From Octopus vulgaris (taxonomy: Eukaryota): a stretch of 64,000 nt of DNA. Shown here piece after piece: positions 1 through 9,478 of this stretch (position 1 is the first letter of the stretch; each line of letters starts with the position of its first letter). Position numbers and translations under genes: made by a program. The DNA lies in NCBI GenBank assembly GCA_951406725.2, contig OX597814.1, positions 107,570,001 through 107,634,000 of the forward strand, written 5' to 3'. The notes below the pieces were generated by a model that was not told the origin of the DNA, searched no databases, and saw nothing but the letters and a program-made list of their open reading frames with translations.

Positions 1-238
1 GCAGATAAATTTTAGTAAAATTGTAAATTGAGCTTGGTTGAGATCCACTGTTCTATATTAATGTGAAACTGATTGGAGGCGAGAGAGAGAAACATTGGTA
101 CTTTAAAGCCAAAACTGGTAATTCCAGAACATTTTATACACAAAAAGAAAAAAAAAAAGGGGACAGCAAGTGTTTGTTGCCGCTGCTGCTGCTGCTGCTA
201 ATGACAACAATGGTGGCATCTGAATTTGCAGTGAAGGG

Positions 239-309
239 CTTCCTCTCATCAAAGCAGGCTGTGATATGAAGGATTGGAAAGCATATGACAGCCACTTTGA
301 TGAAAGGAG
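239..309 (-). ncRNA. mir-2: miR-2 family precursor (9th in cluster); 3p mature UAUCACAGCCUGCUUUGAUGAGA at 244-266
   Basis: Reverse complement of 244-266 carries the miR-2 seed AUCACAG; the complementary arm at ~284-305 closes a ~70-nt hairpin. Confidence 0.92.
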
Positions 310-336
310 ATCCCAGCCATCGCTGTATGGTCTCAT

Positions 337-408
337 GTTTGAGCTCATCAAAGCTGGCTGTGATATGGTTTAGTGAGAACACATCACCACCACTTTGGTG
401 ACTTAAAG
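337..408 (-). ncRNA. mir-2: miR-2 family precursor (8th); mature UAUCACAGCCAGCUUUGAUGAGC at 343-365
   Basis: Matches the canonical miR-2a mature sequence; star arm at ~382-404. Confidence 0.95.
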
Positions 409-784
409 CAGAGAGCAGAGCCCCCGACAACACAAGAACGGAGGGGGCTATCTGGCTGAGTTATCTCCAACAAGTCATTGTCTGAAAAGGGAATCCTACA
501 GCTACAGAAGGCACCGCTTTTGGGGACGATCAATGATTTAAGTGGTCCTGGGATATATCAAGAGAACATAGCACAATTGAAAAAAATACGTCAAACAATA
601 ACTAAAACAATTTTTTTTTTTTTTTATAATTTCAGTTCCCCAACATTTAATTTTTTATTTGAAGAATATTTCTGAAAATACATTGGTCTATGAAAACTAA
701 ATGACTTCTAAATGATAAAAATGAGGAATATTAAATTTCTAAGACAAAGTAAACACAAGTAAATTGGAGGTGAAATAACCCAAG

Positions 785-852
785 TGTAGCTCATCAAAGC
801 TAGCTGTGATATGTCAGAAAGTCAGCATATCCCAGCTCTTTAATGAGTTACA
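785..852 (-). ncRNA. mir-2: miR-2 family precursor (7th); mature UAUCACAGCUAGCUUUGAUGAGC at 789-811
   Basis: miR-2 mature variant with complementary arm at ~828-850. Confidence 0.93.
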
Positions 853-977
853 ATAGGGTCGGAACATCAAAACAAATTCAACATTTATTGACATAAACAA
901 CATCTTAATCCAGCAAGAACATTAAATTTCCCCCGTCAACTAAAATGGTGAGAAGTGTGCCAAAATAAACCAAGTCC

Positions 978-1045
978 CAGCTCATCAAAGCTAGCTGTGA
1001 TATGTCATAATAGCAGCATATCCCAGTTATTTGATGAGTTACAAC
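978..1045 (-). ncRNA. mir-2: miR-2 family precursor (6th); mature UAUCACAGCUAGCUUUGAUGAGC at 980-1002
   Basis: miR-2 mature variant with complementary arm at ~1019-1041. Confidence 0.93.
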
Positions 1046-1171
1046 TAAGCCACTAGAATTCAGGGTGCCAGATACAAAAGCATGAAGAAAAACATGGAAA
1101 GGGACATAAAGTTGGGAAAAAGGAGAGAGAAAATATCCAGGAGGGTTAACCAGGTTGCTGAGAACAACCAA

Positions 1172-1243
1172 GTTGAAGCTCATCAAAGCTAGCTGTGATA
1201 CGTCATTATAACCGCATATCCCAGTTATTTGATGAGATACAAC
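1172..1243 (-). ncRNA. mir-2: miR-2 family precursor (5th); mature UAUCACAGCUAGCUUUGAUGAGC at 1178-1200
   Basis: miR-2 mature variant with complementary arm at ~1217-1237. Confidence 0.93.
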
Positions 1244-1480
1244 ATGGTCAATAGATACACGCAGAGAACTATGTCTAATTCAGAAATGCCAATCGGAGGA
1301 GGGAAACAAAATAAATTAATCTAACCATTTATTCTTGCCAAACACTTCACACAAAATTAGGGGAAAAAAAAAGTCATGTAAATTAAATACAAAAAAAACC
1401 TCACACAACTAACAGGTTTATAAAAAACAAAAAGGAACATCTCAAGCGACATGTGGATTTGTGATGCTTTCAACAGTGCC

Positions 1481-1546
1481 CTAGCTCATCAAAGCTAGCT
1501 GTGATACGTCATTTTGTTAGCATATCCCAGCTCTTTGATGAGATAC
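1481..1546 (-). ncRNA. mir-2: miR-2 family precursor (4th); mature UAUCACAGCUAGCUUUGAUGAGC at 1484-1506
   Basis: miR-2 mature variant with complementary arm at ~1523-1543. Confidence 0.93.
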
Positions 1547-1669
1547 AACACAGTCACAACACTAAGGATATTGGTTAAAAAAAAAAAGCTGAAGAAAGCT
1601 ATTGCCACACAAAAAACAGGAAAAAAAAAAAAAGGTTTAAAGCTAGCGGAGCAGGGAAGCAACCTACAG

Positions 1670-1736
1670 CCAGCTCATCAAAGCTGGCTGTGAGACGTTC
1701 AAATATCTATATATCACAGTCCTTTGATGAGCTGTA
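1670..1736 (-). ncRNA. mir-2: miR-2 family precursor (3rd); 3p arm UCUCACAGCCAGCUUUGAUGAGC at 1673-1695 (altered 5' end)
   Basis: miR-2a sequence with A>C at position 2; complementary arm at 1712-1734. Confidence 0.88.
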
Positions 1737-1818
1737 ACAAGGTTAGGAGAGAATAGGCAATGTTAAAAAGGTTTTAAAAAATGGCTGTTGTCAATCCCAA
1801 GGCGTTGGAGCACCAAGT

Positions 1819-1893
1819 ATATTACTGATCCAAGCAGGCTGTGATATGAAAATCCAATTTAGCAGCACATTCACAACCACTTGGTCAGTAATA
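1819..1893 (-). ncRNA. mir-2: miR-2 family precursor (2nd); mature UAUCACAGCCUGCUUGGAUCAGU at 1824-1846
   Basis: miR-2 seed with a divergent 3' half; star arm at ~1866-1890; CNNC (CAAC) 17 nt downstream of the 3p end. Confidence 0.92.
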
Positions 1894-2011
1894 GACATGG
1901 CAGACAAAACAATAAAAAAAAATCTTCGTTTCTATCCTGAAAACTCAAAATCTGCAAATATCCAAGTGGGGGTAAGGGGCGCACCAAACTAGCAGTGATG
2001 ACTGGCAGGAG

Positions 2012-2082
2012 ACAAGGCTCATCAAAGCTGGCTGTGATAGGCCCTATAGATTTACTATGACATCCAGCATTGATGCCTTTGT
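2012..2082 (-). ncRNA. mir-2: miR-2 family precursor (1st after miR-71); mature UAUCACAGCCAGCUUUGAUGAGC at 2017-2039
   Basis: Canonical miR-2a mature; star arm at 2055-2077; CNNC (CAUC) 17 nt downstream of the 3p end. Confidence 0.95.
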
Positions 2083-2278
2083 AACCCGTTTCTACATCAA
2101 GCTCTGTTGCACTGAAAGGAATAATGGAGAGGGGCAGGGGAATATAACTGAAGTAGTTGTTCAACTAAAATTCAATTTATTTTTTGGTTACATAATTAAA
2201 TATAATTAGACAAACTAGTTTTGCTTTACCTGCAGTTTCAATTCATATTTCATCAGCAGCAAGAATGTAAAGTGATCC

Positions 2279-2342
2279 GCTCGAAAGACAGGGTAGTAAG
2301 AAGTTTATAAAATAACATCTCACTACCCGTGTCTTTCAAGCC
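2279..2342 (-). ncRNA. mir-71: miR-71 precursor; 5p mature UGAAAGACACGGGUAGUGAGAUG at 2316-2338
   Basis: miR-71 seed GAAAGAC; 3p arm UCUUACUACCCUGUCUUUCGA at 2281-2301; lies upstream of the miR-2 copies as in the conserved protostome cluster. Confidence 0.96.
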
Positions 2343-2481
2343 AAACACAATTGTTATAGTGGAAAAAATAAAAAGGGGACGAGGCTGGAAACTGAAAAAA
2401 GGGCAAAACTACAACAGGGGGGAGAGTAGTAAGTTAGTGCATGTTTCGTAAAGTAATAGGTAGTTGAAAGTGTCCACTTAC

Positions 2482-2567
2482 GGCAGCAGCTTCTGTGCGA
2501 AATTCATCTGGACTTGTTGGACAAGCAAGGTCCAACAATACTTGAACCACCTGGTCTTCAACATCGA
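2482..2567 (-). CDS. PPP4R1: PPP4R1 coding exon 7 (VDVEDQVVQVLLDLACPTSPDEFRTEAAA); gene continues beyond the left window edge
   Basis: tttatttcag acceptor, gtaagt donor, phase 1 to 0; resembles recalled human FDVETKVCPVLIELTAPDSNDDVKTEAVA. Confidence 0.92.
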
Positions 2568-3648
2568 CTGAAATAAAACATTAACATGCTAAAGGACACA
2601 TGATCACCCAAAATATTTAGAAAGGATTCAACAATTTAAAATATTTTTAATGAGTTTCACAAAATCTATTTACATCCTACTGCTGACTGTGGAGGAATGA
2701 ATAATGCCAGCCATTCTCTGTAAAGAAGGAAGCAAATACTTGAATGCAATCCATACCAATAGCTATGATGGAAGCTTCGACATTGGATTGAAATCTTTTG
2801 AGTTAAGTTTGACCTAACAATAATATATAAAAGGCATTTCATCCATCAGCTTTCCAATTTAGTGAATTCCATATCAATGTCCATTTATTTTTTTAATGCT
2901 GGCATGTGGTCAGTTTGGGAGAATCTGATGATCCCAAGGACTGCACATCATGCTCCATTGTCTGCCGACATGGTTTCTACAGCTGGGTGCCTCTCTAATG
3001 CCAAACATTTTTTCAGAGTGTACTGGGTGCTTCTCTTGTGCCACCAACACCAGTGAGGTTGCAAGACTATGATCCTTGAAGAGGGAGAATGAGGAATCAA
3101 AGCATGAAATAAGGGGTCAGAGCAGTGGTTTCTTGCTGTAGAGGAGCTACACCAGCATTTGCAATTTGGAAGGGAGAATAAATGATTGGGTGGAGGTCCA
3201 AAGACAAAAACAGTGACGAGGTATCTGAGCAGACCTTCAAGGTACAAGGGGAATAATAGAAAAAAATCATAATGTGGATAGGTGGGGAGAGAATGGGGAA
3301 AGAATAGAGACCAGAAAGATAGGTGACCCTGAAGGGGAGATGAATGGTGGATGACCTATGAGGCCAATTGTCAAGAGCAGAGGTTGACGGAATGCAGGGC
3401 AGCAGAATATTGATGATACAGTCGAGACGGATTAAGACAGATGACGTACAACTGGGTGGGCTGCAGGAGTGGATAGAGGTGAGGGAGATGGTGGTGGTGA
3501 AGTGGAGAGAAAAAGATTAATGGATGAAGGAAGGATAAGGAGTGAAACACCAGGACATGGCACTATTTGCAGCAAATATGACATAGCCGAAGATTGAACC
3601 AAGGACCCTATCAGAAGCAAGTTTAAAACTGACAAAAAAAATAATTAC

Positions 3649-3709
3649 CTCTTTCTACAAGTTCTTGTTCAAGAAGTACCACAAGGGCAGCATGACTGGT
3701 CTTTCTTAC
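3649..3709 (-). CDS. PPP4R1: PPP4R1 coding exon 6 (VRKTSHAALVVLLEQELVER)
   Basis: tag acceptor, gtaatt donor; resembles recalled human VRKTSQAALLALLEQELIER. Confidence 0.95.
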
Positions 3710-3808
3710 CTAGACATTCCAAAACAAAAAAAAAAAGGACAACAACCAATTTAATTTTAGGTACCTGGGTGAAAAGAAGAGGTGAGTAGAATTTATGTAA
3801 CTATGTAC

Positions 3809-3951
3809 CTGGTTGTCACTGTCACTGAGGTATTTGACAATCAAAGGCAGAATATAAGTAGGAACAGCATTGGCAAATAAGTTACTTTTTTCTTGACAGT
3901 ACATGGCAACATGAGGGACTTGCTCAACCAAATCTGACCTAACAGTAGGTT
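3809..3951 (-). CDS. PPP4R1: PPP4R1 coding exon 5 (EPTVRSDLVEQVPHVAMYCQEKSNLFANAVPTYILPLIVKYLSDSDNQ)
   Basis: HEAT-repeat segment resembling recalled human EPTVRAELMEQVPHIALFCQE...LLPIVVRYLADQNNQ; AG/GT bounded. Confidence 0.96.
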
Positions 3952-4677
3952 CTGAAAATATACGAAATAAAAATAAATAAAACATAACATGAAATAAAGC
4001 CATCTTTGTCTTGGGTCCTTAATTACACAAATTCATACTAGTCACTTGATGTCACAATATATAAATGTTGCATTGACTCTTTTACAAGTTGCACTTGAAT
4101 ACAAAACTTTTCCTTTTTTAGATCAAACTCTTAGAATTCAGATTTCTCCATCAAATATGATGCTAATTTATTCATATCGATTCACATTGGGCATTATCTT
4201 GTAGCACCAAGATTTTGAGGACGTGACAATTTTCTAGAATGACGTTATAGAGGGGGACCAGTTTGAACATTAAACTGAATAGTCAGTCCGGCCATGGCAA
4301 GTTGGAATGCTAAGCAGTTCGGTCTTGCTCCGTAACTAAGTCACAACCCCAGTTTTTGCAGTTAAGATCCAGTATAAAATGCATCAAGTAATGAGTATAT
4401 AATATAAACATAAAAAAACTTGGGCATCTGACCTCTGGTCACTTAGACGATTGCCTAAAGAAAGATCAGTCATCAGAAGACCAAAGAAAAACAGAATCAT
4501 AAAGCTATTTTAAATGATCATTTCAAATATTAAAAAATTTTTTCAAGTTTCAATACGAACCCAAAGTGACCCTTCTGATATCAAGCAGTTTGAGCAGCCC
4601 AGTCTATGATACAAAAAGGTTTCTTTCGAAGGGATCTAAAAACCTTCCATACTTCATTGTTCCTAACACTGGGTTAA

Positions 4678-4882
4678 CCCTTTCATTACTGTATTTACTT
4701 TGAGATGCTCTGTGTTTCTTTAAATTACTTTAAATATAGCGAAGAATTTAGTAAAATAACTTAGTTATCATTCAGCTAGTGTTAATTGTGACTATGGTTT
4801 GGTGGAAGATCTTAATTCAAAACTTATGAAAGCAAGACATTTGTAGTCAGAGCCAATTTCAGCCGGGTTGGTAACGAAAGGG
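4678..4882. mobile_element. piggyBac-type MITE
   Basis: TTAA on both sides (4674-4677, 4883-4886); TIRs CCCTTTCATTAC / GTAACGAAAGGG. Confidence 0.8.
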
Positions 4883-5511
4883 TTAATGAGGATACACTTA
4901 TCTCACTAAATTCATTTTCAAACTTAACTAAAAGAGTGTCCTTTAATAGAAATATGCTAACAGGATTATTTTGTTTATAAATTCTTACTTTCAAAAAAGG
5001 TCAAAGCAAAAACAATGTATTTCAACAGAAAAATGGATTAAGTTTGAAACAAAAGTCATCCAAAACACAACAAATGTGGAATTTTTAAATATAATGTATG
5101 GAAGATTTGCTTTAATACTTTGATTAACCATTTAACTCCAACTAAGACCAGGAAAGGAGCTTTAGAAGAATTAGATATAATTCAAATATCTTGAATCACC
5201 TTTTTAATTTTTTGCCCAGGATGAGAGGGAGGGGGCAAAACAGGCAGAATTCCAGTTACGATGCCTGGCAGATTTATCCACTTCCTCCGAAGCTGTATTC
5301 CATATTATATCCATTGTTTTGTGTTGGTTTATCAAGTCTCTGAAGTGGAAGCTATCTCCTGTTGCATAAGCAAAAACCAGGCACATGGCCCAAATGAACA
5401 GAGTTGCCAGCATTGCTGATGTAACTGCAGAGGTAACGCAGCCAAACCAGCAAAGACAATGCCAAGAGGAAGGAGAGGGAGGTGGTGGTGTACTGGAAAT
5501 AATGAAGTAGA

Positions 5512-5784
5512 CCAATGGTTCTCAACCAGTTTTCATATAGACCCAGGAAAAAATTTTGATTTGGATATATTTATTGCAGGAAACAACTACAGATTTTAAA
5601 TGTTTCAATTGGTTCAACATATAAAAGTTGATATATGAAAAGCAGAATAGGAACTTTGAAGAAGAAAAAAAATAAGTGTCTTTAAGGCTAATTTTTCAAC
5701 ACTGATGGTCTTTGAGAATGACATTGTAGAATAGTAATCAAAGAGGTCCAGAGGTAAAGGGGGGGGGGGGCTGAGAAATCACTG
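5512..5784. mobile_element. degenerate hAT-type MITE
   Basis: Ends caatggttctcaacc ... gctgagaaatcactg resemble CAGTG-type TIRs; related to 26366-26642. Confidence 0.45.
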
Positions 5785-6285
5785 AAGAAGGCCATCAATG
5801 TATCTCAGGAGGCAGTGAGCAAGCATTTCTACATCAATTCTATGACCCAAAAGGTTGTTCTACAGCCATTGAGTTATGACTACCTGATATAAAAAGAGAA
5901 ACTTAGTCCATAGATTCCACCAGACCATTTTCATGACTTATCTATGAAAGCTGGACAGGAGAGATTTCTTCATAGTTTTCACCCAATTAAAACCTAGGAG
6001 TCAAGGAAAATGTTGGCGGGAAAGGGCATAGAAATTTGTAGTTAGTTTCTAGACTAAATTTCTGTGCATGACAAGCTCTTCTCAAACAAATTAGTTTTAT
6101 TATCATAGGAACTGGTCATCCTATGGTTAACTCAGTAAGGACAAACATAGTTTTCCTTTGGTAAAGGATGAAAAAATAAGTTTAAAAAAATAACAGGTGC
6201 TTGGCTCAAACTACAATGAAAGAAATCTCAAAGCCTGTTTACCAGGATACGAAGTTTACCTAAAAATAAAACAAAACCAACCAAC

Positions 6286-6392
6286 CTGGGTCTTTTGATA
6301 AATGAACCATTGCTTTTAATACAGCTAAGCAATCTTCCTCAACGTTGCCAGCTGCTCTTAAAGTATCAAGAATTCCTCGGGCTATCAACTGC
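6286..6392 (-). CDS. PPP4R1: PPP4R1 coding exon 4 (QLIARGILDTLRAAGNVEEDCLAVLKAMVHLSKDP)
   Basis: ttatttcag acceptor, gttggt donor, phase 2 to 1; resembles recalled human QMVARSLLDTLR...DCIAVL. Confidence 0.93.
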
Positions 6393-6477
6393 CTGAAATA
6401 AGAAATTATAACAGACTATTACAGAAAACAAGAACACACCCACATGGACCAACTTGGGACTGCAATTTCACTTCTAT

Positions 6478-8110
6478 TTTTTACTTCAGTCATTAGACTG
6501 TGGCCATGCTAGGGCAGAGTGCCTTGAATTTTTAGCCAAACGAGTTGACCCCAGCACTTTAAGCTAGGTACTTATCTTTGGCCAAACCACTATGCTTTGC
6601 AGACAAATGCACCAGCACTGTATGGGGTGGGAGTGAGACAAACAGACAAGGACACGGACACATACATGGCGGGCTTCTCTCAGTTACCATCTACCAAATC
6701 CACTCAAAAAGGTTTTAGTCAACCAGAAGCTACAGTGAAAGACGCCCTGAGACTGAACCAGGAAAAATGTTTGGGAAGCAAATGTCTTGCCACTGATGGA
6801 CTCGCTCAAGATTAGTATGCAGTTTCTGAAGGCATGGCTGTGTGGCAAGAGGCCAAGGAATTAAAAGCAACTTTATAGTTTTGACCAACCACTGTAAGCA
6901 GCAATTATGCAACCAATACAGTAAGACATGAACAGATTGATAGTCAGTAGAGCAATGATTGTGCACATAATTAAAAACCCAACTGGATCCGCCTGGAATC
7001 AGATCAAACAGTAAAGACAATGTAAAACTTCTGATTGACAAGGACATATACAAACCAACGGCAATTTGGTCAGCCTGAGGTTATAGAAAACACCTGCCCA
7101 AGGTGCCATGCGGTTCTGACTGAACCTGGAACCATGTGGTTCGGAAACAAACGTTTTACAACACGGCCACTCCTGTGCCTATGAATATTTGAACCTAGAT
7201 ACACTGTTCATACCTTAGCATCACTTCACAGAGAGCATCCTAATTTCGTAGATTTTTTACCATCATTTCACTGTTCCCATTTTTATGTTTGCATGGGTCA
7301 GCTAGAGAGTTTAAGCAGATTTTCTACGGTCAGTCGTCCCACTGGTTGCCAACCCTCACTCGTTTCCAAGCAACCTAACATTTCCTTCATGGACAGACTT
7401 GTTATTTGCACAATGTGGGAAATGGATGGAACCAATTATGACTGACACTCGTTTAGAAGTTACACAATGTGAAGATGACACAGAGACACAACAGGCCGCT
7501 TCTTTTTGTCAATCAAATCCACTGACAAGGCTTTAATCAACCCAGGGCTATAGTAGAGGACACTTATCCAAAGTGTCATGTAGGTGGACTGAACTTAACA
7601 TCCTGCATTTTGGAAGCAAACTTCTTGAACACATGCACCACAGTCATGCTTACATTGTAATAAAATTGCCATAAAGTGTGGCAGTGTGGTCAGAAGTTTG
7701 CCTCCCAACCACATGGTTCAAGTCCCACTGCATGGCATCTAGGCAAGTGTCATACACTATAAGGCTTGGGCTAACCAAAGTCTTGAGTGGATTTGATAGA
7801 AACTGAAAGAGCCGTCAGTGACACTTTAAACAAGGCCTTCATGTCCACTAGTAAATCCTAACCCAGGGTCCACACAAATCTCATATACATAACACACATA
7901 CGTTTGTTTGCCTCCCACCATCACAGCTTGATAACTGTTATTGATGTGTTTATGTCTGTAATTTAGTAGTACAACAGAAGGGACCAATAGGATAAGTACT
8001 AGGCATTTAAAAAAAAAAAAAGTAAACCATGTACAGGAATCAATTCTTCCAACCAAAAAATTATTCAAGGCAGTGCCCCATGGACATGCTCTTAGTGACT
8101 GGAACAAATT
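6478..8110. mobile_element. cluster of degraded tRNA-derived SINE copies in PPP4R1 intron 3
   Basis: Fragments matching the SINE at 58685-59107 in both orientations. Confidence 0.7.
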
Positions 8111-9366
8111 GGCACAAAAATATTTTCATCCTTTGGTATTTAATCTAGCCTTATCCAAGTCAGATATTGTAGGTCATTCTAAAAGTAAGCCTCGATACAA
8201 GGTGAGGCATGATTAATTCAAAACCTGTCAAATTACTTATGACCACAAAATTTATCTGAATGCTTGGGGAGGGGGGGGGCTAAGTTCATTTTGCCCTGGA
8301 AAATATTCTCACAAATGAATATGGTGAATACAACAAATTCCATAATTCCTTTGTGAAGATGGATCATTTCCAAGAGTTGGGTTTGTCTTGCATAATAGCC
8401 TTGATACTTCAAACAAGACAAATTCCAACCCAGAGCTTTCCCACCAGGGCCCACATGCACCTTGAGGGTCTATATAAATATCAGTAGAAATTTGTCTGCA
8501 ATAAACTGGTCAGGCATCTACAAGACAAAATATTTTCCCTTTTTTTATGCAATTCCTAACAATAATTATTAAAATATTTTAAACATTGAATGGTCAGGAT
8601 TTTCCAACTGACCAGTAAGAATGAAAGAGGTCCAGAGATAGGAAAGAACCACTGACCCAAGCCTATTTTAACCAAACCAAGTGAATCATATTGAATTAAC
8701 TGCACAGAATAGAATACAATGCTGTCAACTTACTGTACAACCAGCTACAGATTTGCAAGAAGCGCAACTGTAACTAGTTGTGGCAACCTGATCCATTTAA
8801 ATTAATTTAGTAATATGAATTTTCCCAGTACAAGTTGCATTTGGCTACCATTTGTAGCAGAATGGAGAGTTTATTGCATTTTAGATATTTGTATATATCT
8901 AGACTTCAAGCAAGGTCATATTTCCTAAAGGCTGGACATGTTTTTATAGAAGATTGGAAACGAATGACAACTTGAATTACATTGAAGTTTATATCGTGCA
9001 ATAGCATGAGGAGGGACAAACATGCACGCAATCAGATTCTTTTGGTTTCTGTAAACCAAATCCACTCACAAGGATTTAGGTGGCCCAGGGTTATAGCAAA
9101 ATAATAGTCAAACACTTGTCCAGAGTGCCACCCTGGGAATGAATCAGAAGCCATCTAATTGGGACTTCTTACAAAGAAAAAAAAAACCATCAAAATTAAA
9201 ACAGAACCATCTTTTACAAATTTATACTTCGAAGTAGCTTCTTTAAGACGTCCAGGTAGAAGAAAAACATGCCAGCGACCTTGAAGACTACCGTTTCTAC
9301 AGACAAAAGGGTTGGAATAATGAGCTCAGTATTTATTAGTTTTAAATAATCTAAAGCAATGCTTAC

Positions 9367-9478
9367 CTGCTGAAGGCATTGTCACTATCAATGTACTTCT
9401 CCAGTTTTTGGAGTGCTGTGAGGTTGTCATCTGAAAAGTAATTCTCTTCACAATTCCCATCTTCCACTCTACACCCTC
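9367..9478 (-). CDS. PPP4R1: PPP4R1 coding exon 3 (GCRVEDGNCEENYFSDDNLTALQKLEKYIDSDNAFSR)
   Basis: ttttactttcag acceptor, gtaagc donor; resembles recalled human SQDEMLTPLGRLDKYAASENIFNR. Confidence 0.9.

Noticed and set aside
239-2082. Repeated 23-nt motif with unique spacers resembling a CRISPR array
   Set aside because: Each repeat is one arm of a hairpin matching miR-2; spacing is irregular; context is a eukaryotic intron with no cas genes
6243-6260. Possible extra PPP4R1 microexon (tttag|GTAAACTTCGTATCCTG|gtaaac)
   Set aside because: The upstream intron would be only ~26 nt, and exons 4 and 5 already join in frame
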